From Phoronis australis (lineage: Eukaryota; Animalia; Phoronida), in contig NMRA01000360.1 of the NCBI GenBank assembly GCA_002633005.1, positions 61,854-125,853 of the forward strand: a stretch of 64,000 nucleotides of DNA. The letters are read 5' to 3'. Below the pieces are notes generated by a model. The model was not told the DNA's origin. It saw nothing but the letters and a program-made list of their open reading frames with translations, and did not search any database. The number at the start of each line of letters is the position of its first letter. Within the stretch, counting starts at the first letter, position 1. Shown in pieces: positions 37,377 to 49,163 of the stretch. The position numbers were made by a program, and so were the translations under genes.

Positions 37377-37482
37377 AGTGGGTAGGTTTGTTTGGTCGTT
37401 TTCAATATCGTATCTCTCAGAAGTAGTGTTCTTTGCTGTGGCAATTATAATATACCATTTTTGTCTTGCAGGAGTTAAAATA

Positions 37483-38685
37483 ATGAGGAACGTCCAAATC
37501 CATGCCTTGGTGGCCGTGCTATTCTTTTGGAACCTGGCGCTGCTTCATTACACGCATTTCACTAAAAATGAATGCGACACCACCCGAGATGCGCTCCATT
37601 CACAAGGCCTTAAATGGCGTGGGAAGATAGAAGACATACCCAGGTATGCAGCACAATCAAATTCACCAACGCAACTGGACGTGAAAGTTGAGAAAAATTG
37701 TGAGACCAAGTGCTCCACAATAATTAAAAAAGCCAACGGAAAGTCTGTCGAAGTAGTCTTTGAGTCCAACAAAATCAACAAAATGAGTGTTTTCCATTGC
37801 TATCCAATGTCCTTGAACTTCACCGGTTTAATTCGCCAGATCAGAGCGGGTGAAACGCCAGCATTTTCTTCAATAAATGCTCATCCGTACAAACCTCTGA
37901 CGACCGTGGATTGTGAAGACCAGAGCTATTTCGTGGTATACCTGATAAAAAGTCGGCCAGAAAATGTACAGGCAAGGAACGCTATTCGTGAAACTTGGGC
38001 CAATATAACTCAGATATCTAAATTTTCCATTAAGCATGTTTTTCTTTTAGGCTTGAGTACGAATCATAAGGTACTTGTACCTGTTATGAAAGAGCAGGAA
38101 AAATTCGGTGATATTCTTCAGGAGAACTTCGTGGATGTCTACCTCCATACACGTATCAAAATGACTATGGCGCTTCGCTGGGCAACTATTCACTGCTCAA
38201 AATCCTCGTTTTTAGTTCTCGTTGACGACGACGTTTTTATCGACCCATGGAAAGTGGTCAAATATTTAACTTCGCCTGAAGTTCAGGCTCAGGAAAGATT
38301 TTATTCAGGAACGTTGGCCCTGAAGTACCGCCCAAATCGCATAATGGCCTACAGATGGTACCTGTCACCGAGCGAGTATCCGTTTGAAGGTTTCCCACAA
38401 TTTCCTCCAACCGGAACTGTTTTTGTCAACATGGAGTTTGCTCGACAGTATGTCATTGCGTGGAAGTACATCAGTCCTGTACACTATGACGACGTCTATT
38501 TGGGAATAGTCGCACACAAACTCGGGGTTACGCCCTTGAACACAGATCTCGTAAAAGTATACTGCAACACAACTTACGTCGAAAAGCATTATTACGCCTC
38601 TTGTCTTGGGGAATTCAAACCGGCACGTCTGAAAACTCTTTGGAAAAAGCACGTGAACTTCCTGAGACATAAACTTGTAATTTAA
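37483..38685 (+). CDS. Beta-1,3-glycosyltransferase, family GT31 (Galactosyl_T; brainiac/B3GALT-like), type II membrane protein, 400 aa, single coding exon
   Basis: Lies in ORF 37378..38685. ATG at 37483 follows a splice acceptor (tttgtcttgcag, 37471). N-terminal TM segment IHALVAVLFFWNLALL. GT31 motifs: LIKS..EN..ARNAIRETW, FLLG, E...FGDILQENFVD.Y, K..MALRW...C, FLVLVDDDVFI (DxD), EYP...FP, DDVYLG. Confidence 0.93.
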   Translation: MRNVQIHALVAVLFFWNLALLHYTHFTKNECDTTRDALHSQGLKWRGKIEDIPRYAAQSNSPTQLDVKVEKNCETKCSTIIKKANGKSVEVVFESNKINKMSVFHCYPMSLNFTGLIRQIRAGETPAFSSINAHPYKPLTTVDCEDQSYFVVYLIKSRPENVQARNAIRETWANITQISKFSIKHVFLLGLSTNHKVLVPVMKEQEKFGDILQENFVDVYLHTRIKMTMALRWATIHCSKSSFLVLVDDDVFIDPWKVVKYLTSPEVQAQERFYSGTLALKYRPNRIMAYRWYLSPSEYPFEGFPQFPPTGTVFVNMEFARQYVIAWKYISPVHYDDVYLGIVAHKLGVTPLNTDLVKVYCNTTYVEKHYYASCLGEFKPARLKTLWKKHVNFLRHKLVI

Positions 38686-39726
38686 ATCCGCGTTTCTAAA
38701 GGACTTGTTAATTGGAATTCTGAATAACAAGCATCACCAAATCAAAAATTCTTTAGCAATGCACGAGCACTTGAACAGGGGTCGAATAGGTCCCTGAGGA
38801 GCAACCCAAGGTCATGGCTTGTGCAGGATAGACGGTATATAGCCAGCTAGCCGATCATACTGGTTTGAACTCGAAAGATGAATGCTTTCGACTGAAGTGA
38901 ACGGTGATATATTGGTTACCTGTCCGAGCGTGCTTGAACATCCGCTATCTTCAATGACATGTTATAGAGTTTATGCTGCTTCTGGATAGCAGCGGCTTCA
39001 CTTCACCATTACAGTTGTTGACACGTCATGCGACCATATCACATTTGATTCCCTTTGGTCGTTGCCGAGCCATATGGACATGCAGTGTCCTGTCAGAGAT
39101 AATGCTGCCAGTCTTTTGTTATGGTCTAGCGAAATCAGTCAAGACGTCTGAGTCGTATTATTCCAAACCATAAATAAATGCATTATAAAAAAATCTGAAA
39201 GTAGTATAATATCGCTCCCTATTGGAGAGCTGTCACAATAACAAAAATGTCTCGATATAGGACTACCTTCTGCCGCATCACCACATATATGGAATGAGGT
39301 CCTATGAATTGAAGATGAACGACACTAGGAATTCCGTATTGGCACGTCTTGGTCCGGACATTTATCGTACAGATGATGTATGGAATGGGAATGAGACGGA
39401 AAATTATAATGAATCATTTAATTTTTTGTTGGATGCCTTGTACTCTTGCATGTGGAATGCATCAATTTAGTATATTCAAATGATTACCGCAACCGCAAGA
39501 TCCAATGACATTTCTCCATAAATGGAAGAAAAACCTGGTGCAACTAATTGGGAGGTCCGAATATTACTTCGCTCTCTTAACATATGAGAACCCATGTTAC
39601 ATGATCAATCTAAGTATTAAGTCCCGTTGCATCGTGAAAGCGTGTAAGGGTGTGAGCAGACGAACTTTTTTCTTGTTGGTCAGATATTAAGGCCATGTCC
39701 TATAAATTCTAAAAAGACTGTTGCGA

Positions 39727-41336
39727 AGGAGGAGAGAATGCTACCCAAAAAACAACCTATTTTGTTTCAATTTAGATGGAGTAGTTCTACTCGATAACGG
39801 CACGTTCGGTTGAGTTACCTGGCACCTGACGGCAGACGGAGGTACTGAAATTATCTAATGACGCAATTGGTTTCACACGCAGTCTGTTCAGCAGTGCACA
39901 ACACGGGTTACTGGTGTCAGCTTATCGTTGGAATTCATCGTTTAACACCAATAAATCATCAAAGTTCGATGTAAAACCCTTAAAAATACACCGAGTTCTT
40001 ATAAAAACGTGTTGTTTTATTTCGCTGTTACGGATTTAGTGGTATTTGGTCACACCATAGCCTACAAAGTTCGGCAGGCCAATTTACCAAGGTCCGTAGC
40101 AGGAGTTTGGGATCTGTTCGGGGATAAATTCGAACTATTCTTCCGTGAAATACAGAAAGGAGAACCTAGATTTGTGTTGTTTAGACTTGTGATTCGGAAC
40201 CCGATCAGGTCCGTCGCGGCCGGACTGACCCGTTATCCCGGCCTGTGGCTCGGACCCCGGTCAGGCCCGTCGCGGCCGCCGGGACTCACCGGGCACGAAC
40301 ATAAACCGGCTTGAGTTGGAAACTAAACCTCCAGTCACGAAAAGATTATGAAAGTGAGCCAAAGAAATAATGTGCTCTTAATTATTTATGTGAATTAGCC
40401 ACCAAACTGAAAATCTACTCACTTGTCGGGGGCCGCGAAGTCGGGTTCACCTTCCACAGACCGTCACAGGGCAAAGCCTTGTTCAGTAACAATGATTTGA
40501 ATAATGTATTTGTATTTCTAAGTAAAGATTCCCCTAACATGTGACCATAGCATATAAAATCGAGTAATTGTTTCACAACAGCTTTCTGTCAGCAAACACT
40601 GAATTAGCATGCGCTCAGTCACAAGGCCTCGGCGCCCGGTCAATTACCTTTGTTGCCGGCAACAAAAGTCGGTAACGCAGGGGTTTATGCATTGCTGGCT
40701 TCTCAACATTTGCACTCACGAATACTACAACGGCATTGCAAATTGTATCTAATGAGACAGACTTTGTTTCAGTTTTATATAAGCATTGGTTAGGATGAGA
40801 ATAATTCATTTTGAAACAGAACGTAGAACAATATACGTCTCAGTACATGGCAACTCGCCCGGCGCCAATCCCGACTTAGTCAAGAGCAATACACTGATCA
40901 AGAAATATTAGAAAGGCGCCGTGAACATGCACAGGCAAGGGAACGTATGGATAGTTCTTTGGTAAGCCGGAATTCGTCAGAGAAATCACTGTCGACGAAA
41001 TGCCGGCCACGGCCTCATACTTGCTATTAACAGCGTACCTTTCATTCTTCACTACCGCGAGCCACTTCCTAAGCATTTCGGCTCTCGAGAAAGTCGAAAA
41101 AACAATTTCCCTGCTTTCTTCACAGCTTCATAGTTCGAACAAGCGGGAAAGATGCATCGCAATACAGCGGCATTCACTCTGCAGACGAAGCACTGACGTC
41201 GCTGCGTCGTTTCTCACCTTCCTCACAGTTAACGCGATACCTTCCGGCAAGGTGAGGTCGACCGTATAAGAGGTGATGTGGATATAGACCGATTAAGACG
41301 GTAAAAAAGACTAATTAAATCGGGTGGCATTCTCCT
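39727..41336 (-). mobile_element. Kolobok-type non-autonomous element (copy 4)
   Basis: Colinear with copy 3. Right TIR plus TTAA (41337-41340); left TIR degenerate. THAP remnant CIFPACSNY...LRKWLAVVKNERYAVNSKYEAV(C)RHFVDSDF, with frameshifts. Confidence 0.85.
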
Positions 41337-41599
41337 TTAACATAATCGTAAATTATGAAAAGTTAAAATCAGCATGTTGGAACTTCATGTCCTCACGAAG
41401 GTGTTCGAAACCAAATCAATGCTGGGTGACATGGCCGTATTTCCCTCGACAGATTCAACGCTTATGGGATAAGAAGAATATAGTCACTTGTTCGTGTTTT
41501 TTTTTCTGAAAAAATAACGTTTTACGGAGGTTGTCGTAACATACACAAACGCGAAATGTTTCGCTCGAGACTTACAATTTCTGTTTTTTCATTCTATTA

Positions 41600-42600
41600 G
41601 CTGCGGAAGTGATTTTTGCAAATGAGGGCTCGTGCGTTATATAACAGGTTGAATACAATGGAATGCAATATTTTGAGTGAAGCCCAAGAGGGTTTTTGCA
41701 AAGAGTACTTAGCTGTTGACAACGTGTTTATTTTAAATACTCTGGTTTAAAAATACAATAGCAAGTGTAGAGTGTTGTAACATTTTATTGTATTTTGTCG
41801 ATTTAAAAGAAGCATTCGACTATGTGTGGTCCGAATGATTACAGTATCAGCTAAGTAGTCTCGATGTTGAGGGAAAATGTACACAGGGTTGAAAACCAGT
41901 GTGTATGAAAATGTTAAATCGTGTGTCCTGGTTCCTGATGCAGGTTACGCGTAAATGGATGGATTGATAGATAGTGCATGTACAGGGTACAAATACAATT
42001 CGTCATTTTCCGTTCCACGTGATAATGTACTATGCACGATAACGTCACACGGAAATGGAGGAACTTGGTATCGAATAAGCATGCAATGAAAAGATTGGTT
42101 TGTGGTACATGAAAATTACGTGTAAATAAATCTAAAACAAAAATTATAAGTTTTTAGAAAGGGTAGTATTCTGCGATATTACGAACAGTTGAAGATATTT
42201 GTCAAAAGATTAATGTGGCATCTGAATACAATTATTCAGGCATAACATTCTTGACAAAATATATCTTAAGGTCGAAAAACATTTTCCAAAGAACGTGGTA
42301 CCTGGTTACAATTACTTAGGCGTAACATTCTGGACAAATAGTGTCTGCTTGTACTAAGGTCCAAAAACAATTAACGAAAAAGCATTATATGAAAAGTATA
42401 CTTTGTCTACGTTACAGCGTCATCACGGTGGAAGTTTTATTATCTGCTTTAGAAATATGGAGCTCTCATGAAACCAAACACATCGAACAGCTGATTACAT
42501 GCTCTACAAATGTCTGTGTCAACTTAGCTAAAGTGTCTCAAATGCTGGTGCTAGACATGAGTATGGAAGAACTATTGTAAAACGTTTCGTTTTGCTCAGA
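41600..42600 (+). mobile_element. Highly decayed LINE RT remnant
   Basis: LSEAQEGFCKEYLAVDNVFILNTL, FVDLKEAFDYV, KTKIISFRKG, YNYLGVTF, with many stops and frameshifts. Confidence 0.7.
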
Positions 42601-44539
42601 ATTATTAATCACTGGTTCTGAGGCCTGTTTCATGAAAGTGACTTAAGACTTTTAGACAAAATTTGGTCTTTTACTCCCACAATTGTTGAGAAAGGTTGAG
42701 CCAACTAAATATGATGTATGGCAATTTTGAGTTAGGGGAAAAAGGCAGAGTATTAGCCACTGATCTAGAAATAATTTAATAATTTACAGAAGTTATTTCA
42801 GTAACAATCAGGGTATTTCATTTTGCTCAAGTAAGAATCAATTATTTTTTAGAAATAGTTGTTTGGAACGTAAGACCATATTTCAGTCTAAAAACTGGGA
42901 CACTTTTGACGAAACAGATCTTTGCAATAACGGAGCCATAGATATATTAGCAATGTGTTATTTTAATGGCCTTGAAATGCTGTTGATGAATCAAGGCTAA
43001 GGCACATGCAGGCACATTTTATTGTTATTACTTTTGGAAATACAGTGTCATTGTCGTTGTTATTGTTGGTTTATCGTGATTGTGAATGTTATTGTTGGAC
43101 TTGGGCCGAAAAATGTTGGCCTTCTCTAAGCGTGGTTCTGAAACTGAAATGTACCCGCAACTTTCCACATTTTTTATATCACTTTGATATGCACTTCAAA
43201 TATGCATTTTTCTTACGCCACCAAAGGCAATTTTTTGTGAAAAGCAGTTAATACAAAAAAGAGGCAAAGTTTGCACATCATAATAAATCTTGCCTATCCA
43301 ATGATAATTTCAATTGAGAAAAAAATAAAAATGTAAAAATGACGAAAAGCTACTTTTTAAAAATAAATCTGGGTGCCACCTAGGTATTAACCATTTACAT
43401 TATTGAACCTAAAACTACACTTAAAAAAAACAGTGCAGGTGGTCTGATGTCATTTGCGGTGCATCAGACGTGCGCAGGCCTCATGGTTGGGCCCATTGCA
43501 CAATCCACCTGAGCAAATGCACGAGAGCCCAATTATGGCTCCTCGTGAAGAAAGTTTTCAAGTCTGCCAATCTCCTTTAGGAAAATGGACAGACGAGGAA
43601 ATGATAATAATAATCGCATAAGATGTAGGAGTTAATCTAGGATATTAAATGTGGCGCACTGGTAGGCTAAAAATAAATGTTATATAAGTTGCACGATCAC
43701 ATATTTTTACTTCACAGACTTTTCTTGCACTTGCAACTTATACTTTTAAGAGTTTCAGGTGAAGCACAGGATAATAACATCCACTACATGCTAATCCTAC
43801 CGTGTTGCGCTTACCATCCAAATCCGTTTAGTTCCGGCGCAAGCATGGACTGACCAATTTTATGACACCAAGATGCCAGCTAAGTGGGGCGAAATGCAGC
43901 TTTATTGTTTGTGTCACCAAGGAAACTGCACGGTCGTATGGTGTAGTTATACTTTGCTTCACCAAGGAAGCTGCATGGTCATACGGTGTAGTTATACTCT
44001 GCGTCAAAACACTGTGTCATTTTAAGTGTTATACTCATTCGTAAGCGAGTGTTGCGAAAACTCTTCCATTATCAATAAAGTTGGCAATCTTTGTCCGGTT
44101 GTAGTAATTTTACATAAACAGCACAGTCTTATAAAATACACAAATATGAGCTCATATTAACACGGAATGATGCGTACCACGATAGTATTTAGAACTTTTA
44201 AAATACGTTTTAAGAAAACATTTCCCATCAGCTGAGTACAACTGATTTGTAGTTCCCCCCAAAATAAATTAGTATTTCAGGAAAGTTTCCGTACACATTC
44301 ACTGCTTTAATATAATGCAGATTTTCATTTTTGTAATTGTCATATGCAAATTTAGGATCTCCTGTAATGAAAAATTAGTTACTTTTGTTTTCATTTTTTG
44401 TATTAATTGACTGTTACAATTAGTACAAGCTTCAAGCATCTTTTTCTTGGGGGTAAAGTTTTTGGATTTTTACTCAATTTATTTACACAGAAATCATCTT
44501 TTTGTGAATATGGCTGGGGTTAGGTGGCCCCAGGTGTAC

Positions 44540-44930
44540 AATCAAAAGATTGTCGTCTATGATCCGGGGAGCAAGAAAGCAGTAGTGAGTCGTGATGTGA
44601 TTTTTGATGAAAATAAGTTAGGTCTACCAAAACCAAACGAGCAGGCTAGTGGAGACATTTCTAAAATCCAACTGTAGAGTTGTCCCCTTCTGTCAAATCA
44701 CTGACACCTAGGAATGACAGTAGTGAACTTCGACGTTCGGATCGTACACGTCAACCTCCTGTTAGGTATGTTTTTCATGAATACAGTAAGGGGGTTGAGC
44801 ATCAGGTTTTACATGTTGCTGATGTAGTCGAATCCTTGGCCTACTCTGAAGCTCTGTCAAGCTCTCAGTCTACACAGTGGTTTCGTGCTGTCAATGAAGA
44901 GTATCAATCTCTTATACAAAATAACGTAGA
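44540..44930 (+). mobile_element. Ty1/copia pol fragment (post-integrase SH3-like region to start of RT)
   Basis: VYDPGSKKAVVSRDVIFDE, LRRSDRTRQPPVRY, YSEALSSSQSTQWFRAVNEEYQSLIQNN. Confidence 0.8.
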
Positions 44931-45020
44931 AAATATATCTGAAACTAAATAAGGCTATCCAGATCCTCTCAAGGATGCTATTGTTTCACGAAATGTAAAA
45001 TATATATAGGTAACTAAAGC

Positions 45021-46652
45021 AACAATAATGGATCAACTGAAATTTTCCGATATAATAACATCCTTCGTCAACAGAAACGGAAATAATGTAAAATCAAACA
45101 ATATAAACAATTGACATTTAATATGTGGCGTAATGAATATGATACATGTAGCGGAAAAAATCAAGGATATAATTTAAGACGTTTTTATGTTCAATCCATT
45201 AGGTTAAAGTGTATTGAGCTGATATATCCAAAATTGTTCTCTACTGGGGTATTGGAGTTTTTCTATTATTTGTACAGAAAGATCTTAAAGATTATGCTTT
45301 TTGGAATTGAAATGATTACCTATAGTATCTGTTTTTATGTATTTCATTTATGACATTTCTCAACATAAAGTCTCATTTTTAGATGTAACGGTTATCCTTA
45401 GTAAAGATAAATTAGAAACTGACTTATTCTGTAATGAAACTGACAAACAGCAATATCTGTCATATCACTCGTGTCATCCCTTAACACCTTCTCATTTGAA
45501 ATGAGCTTTTCTCAAATAAATGAGCTTCGAAAAAAGGACTTAAATTGAATACTTTCATTGTAAGAAAAGCCTGTCACATAGCCTTGCCCTTAGACTTCGA
45601 CGCATTTGTTCAGAAGAAACTTCCTTTAATAATCGTTTAAAAGATCTCGAACACTATTTAGTTCAACGTCATTTCCCCTTGCATTTTATACACAATTTGA
45701 CAAAAGTCCGCTCAATCACAAGAAATGAATCTTTAAGAATTAAAACAAAAGGCAATAGCCTACTACTAATAGAATACCTTTCATAACTATGTTCAATCCA
45801 TGTTTAAACGGAATTAGCCACGTCTTGAGAAAACATCTTTCCGCGCTGCATATTTTCCTTCAAATGAAAAACCTATTTCCTCATCCACCTATAATTTCTT
45901 GGAGAAAATGTAAAAATCTAAAAGATTATTTAGTTAAAGCAAACATGGACAAACCTATGTGGACAAACTGACACCTATTGGCAACACACAATGTAGCCTT
46001 GGTACAAAGCTGTATACCAAATATACAGCTTTGCGCCGTTTTGGGAAAAAGTGGTAAGATAAAATCTGACACAAAATTAGGGTCATTAACAACTACAGTC
46101 TTCCTTGAGTAAACTAAATTATTCATCGGTGTTGGAAAATGGCGTTCTGCCGTTAATTCTGCTCTTAAAGTTGTGGAACGATCTTCTGCGTCGGCTTTCG
46201 GCGCCATGAAATATTGCGTCATCTATTGGCCAGTTTCTTTTTCGCCGATTCTTCAATAAAATGTTGTTCTTTCACTAGGTTGCGTACACGTCACAACAAA
46301 TTATTGGAACTGGTTTCATTTTGTTATAAGTTTTTAGAATTTCGATTCCGAAAAATCGAATTTCAGAACAATTTTTACTGCTGCGAAGTTGTCGCAAAAA
46401 TTTAGAAAATGGCACGTGCGCGTGACACGAGCTTACTGTTTTCGAAACGACAACATTCTTTTCATTGTTAAATAAAACAACAAGAATGGATCAACTGAAA
46501 TTTTCGGATATGATAACATCCTTCGTCAACAGAAACAGAAATAAAGTAAAATCAAACGCTATATGACAATTGACATTTAAGATGTGGCGTAATGAATATG
46601 ATACATTGTTGCGGAAAAAATTCAAGGATATAATTTAAGAAGTTTTTATGTT
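45021..46652 (+). repeat. Pair of ~170-bp direct repeats (about 45021-45191 and 46478-46652), possibly Crypton-type recombinase N-terminal remnants
   Basis: Near-identical blocks beginning aatggatcaactgaaatttt. Translation SFVNRN..NVKS...TF.MWRNEYD...NLRRFYV resembles Crypton/DUF3504 N-termini (weak). Confidence 0.55.
45350..45970 (+). mobile_element. Penelope-like element RT C-terminal/thumb remnant
   Basis: VSFLDVTV...LETDLFCNETDKQQYLSYHSCHP, KKSLSHSLALRLRRICSEE, LFPHPPIISWRKCKNLKDYLVKA. Confidence 0.85.
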
Positions 46653-47329
46653 ATTTTCTTGAAACTTTTCCGCAAAAATGTGTCATATTCATTACGCCAG
46701 ATTTTTCAAGTACTTCACCCAGACTGTTCACATGGCGGATCACATCCTATATGTATGTACTTGCGTGTTAGGTTGCAAGTTTTCTCTTGAAAAAGAAACA
46801 GTTTTAAAAGTAATGCTTTATTTCTTGAAAGAGGTAACAAAGATGAAAACAATGGCAACTGACCAGTGAAATTGTAACATCTCCTGGAAATAGTTAAAAA
46901 CAACAATATTTTGATATTTTAATTTCCTAGGAATCGGCGCATGAGTTGCAGACGATATAGTATTCAGCAATTGAAAACTGAGAGAAAGTGTCTTATAATT
47001 TACAGTTTTGTTCCGTTTAGGGCCTGGTTGCATGTGTTAGTTACACTGTTGCAACTGTATTACTTTAAACTATATTCGGAAAGTTTGATGATCGAACCGG
47101 CTGAAGACGTCGAGTCGACATTGACCTACCTTTTGAAGTTTCCATGTCAGAGGTTGCTGTTGAAGTAGTGCGATAGGGGAATACTTAATTACATGGCTGT
47201 ATTTCCCTCGACAAATGGGATAAAGGATAAATATCCTTGCAATGTAAATAACAATGCATCATACAGAACAAATAAGTATTTTGAAACGCACCTGATAGTA
47301 ATAATTGGGTATGTAAGTATCTGGTTTTA

Positions 47330-47707
47330 CAGAAACCTTGAATATGAAAACGTTTTTAATCCATAAATTGGATTTATTGATAAATAAATAACTAATGTTA
47401 TTACATCGAGATAGCTCACTGTGTACTTTTTGCTTGAATGAAATTGAATCTGTTGTCCATGTGCACTGGTCTTGTAACGTTACTCAGAAGTTTTGAACTA
47501 ATGTAAATAACTGGTTAGAAGATGCTGTTGGACATAGTTTAGAACTGTCTATACAATCAGTTCTGTTTGGTGTTCAGCTGGAAGCAGTTTTACAAAGTAT
47601 GGTTCTTTGCCTCGGAAAGTACCACATTTATAAACGAAGGTTAAAGTGCCAATACACCTGCCTTGAAATGTTTAAAAAGGAAGTTGCATTGTACATTTCC
47701 ACTGAAC

Positions 47708-47749
<42 letters not shown>

Positions 47750-48010
47750 GTTCAGTGGAAATGTATATATATATATATACAAACAAAATGAAGTATGGTG
47801 AATTTATAGAGCGCTGGCAGGGTCTTGACCTTGTTTGCTTATTCTGAATGAATCGTAGCCTCTACTGTGTTTTTTCTCCAATGTCAAATTACCTTTGTAC
47901 ATATCAGCACTGTATGTTAACACCTTAACTGTTCCTTGACTAGAACAAAAAGGTTATTGCATCTGTAATTGAATGATCTGTACCGTACCTATTATATTGA
48001 ATAAAAAACT
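47330..48010 (+). mobile_element. 3' remnant of an L1/Tx1-type LINE
   Basis: LCTFCLNEIESVVHVHWSCNVTQKF*TNVNNWL zinc knuckle, LGKYHIYKRRL...FIERW, AATAAA at about 48000. Confidence 0.7.
47692..47765. repeat. Perfect 74-bp palindrome centred on (TA)19
   Basis: tacatttccactgaacgg-(ta)19-ccgttcagtggaaatgta. Confidence 0.95.
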
Positions 48011-48329
48011 AGACTTCTATCAGCCCCTCTCACAAGTTTCCTCAAAGACATCGTCTGGGAATAAAATGATATGATACAAGCATCCTTCAAGTCATATTTT
48101 TTAATATTTTTTCATTTACGAATTTTGTTTTGACTATGTAAAAAGTCACCACAAAAGCTTAACCCTGCATTGCACAGATCTTGGTAAAATAATGATTTAC
48201 CAGTAATGCTTAAATTAGAATTGATTCATATCACATGTTTAGCTATGAGAACTTGACAAATTATTTTAATATTAAGGATGTCCAAAACTGTCAGAACATC
48301 ACTGTAAAAAGGGTTACTAATTTTGAATT

Positions 48330-48835
48330 TTAAACTTTTCAGTTGAAAATTGGATGAAAAATTAAGGTCTCCGCCAACACGACTAGAAACATGAGGGTAG
48401 AGTTATTCCCCTCCTGATACTCTAATCTGCTCATGTTGTTTGTTATAAGTGCCAAATGGTTCTTAAACGTGTGCCTTTCTGCGCAGATTGGTTCAACATG
48501 GTTTGTCGTTGCGTTTACTGATTCCGCTCTACCAAGTCTTATGTCGAAAAAATGAATAGCACCATCGGTGAAATTGTACACAGCCGCAAGGTGAAACTCT
48601 CCATCACCGTCTTCATCAACTGTCAACTTCACGATCACAGTAGACACGGTTGTTCAGTTAAAAAAACTACCGGTGGAAATATCTTTTTCTTCAACATCTC
48701 GACCTATGCTCTGCCACTTTTGAGAACATTGAGCATTTTTTTCCCAAGAAAAATTGTTGAATTTATTTGTAGATCAGATGACAAAGGGACAGAATCGAAA
48801 TGAATAATGCAGTTGTCTACGTCAGCTTCCATGGA
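48330..48835 (-). mobile_element. Possible Academ-type transposase N-terminal remnant
   Basis: Minus strand MEADVDNCIIHFDSV... and, in another frame, VQFHRWCYSFF...RLGRAE, resembling CIIH / HxxCY motifs recalled from Academ proteins. Heavily frameshifted. Confidence 0.35.
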
Positions 48836-49163
48836 AGCGGCTATATTTAGTCATCAGGGCAAAACGATAAACTGACAGCTAATTAGTTGCTGGAGGTGAT
48901 TAGTTCTGACATCTGTTGGCAAAAAGTAGCAAAATCAGGAGGAATTTTCTGAGTTTAATATCAACGTTTGCCTTTGTCAGAGTAAGAAAAAATATGGTAA
49001 TGGTTTATTATACTCTAAAGAATCCATCCGTGAAAATCGTTGACACATTTGAGCCACATATTTGAAAGATACGTGTTTTCTGATATTTATATTTATTGCA
49101 ACCACAACTGGACTGTTGTATTTACAACAATTTAATGCGATTGGCAATACTAATGTAACAACA

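Noticed and set aside
37378-37482. N-terminal extension of the GT31 ORF in the ORF track
   Set aside because: Starts at a non-ATG codon next to a transposon end and spans a splice acceptor; ATG 37483 gives a standard type II topology.
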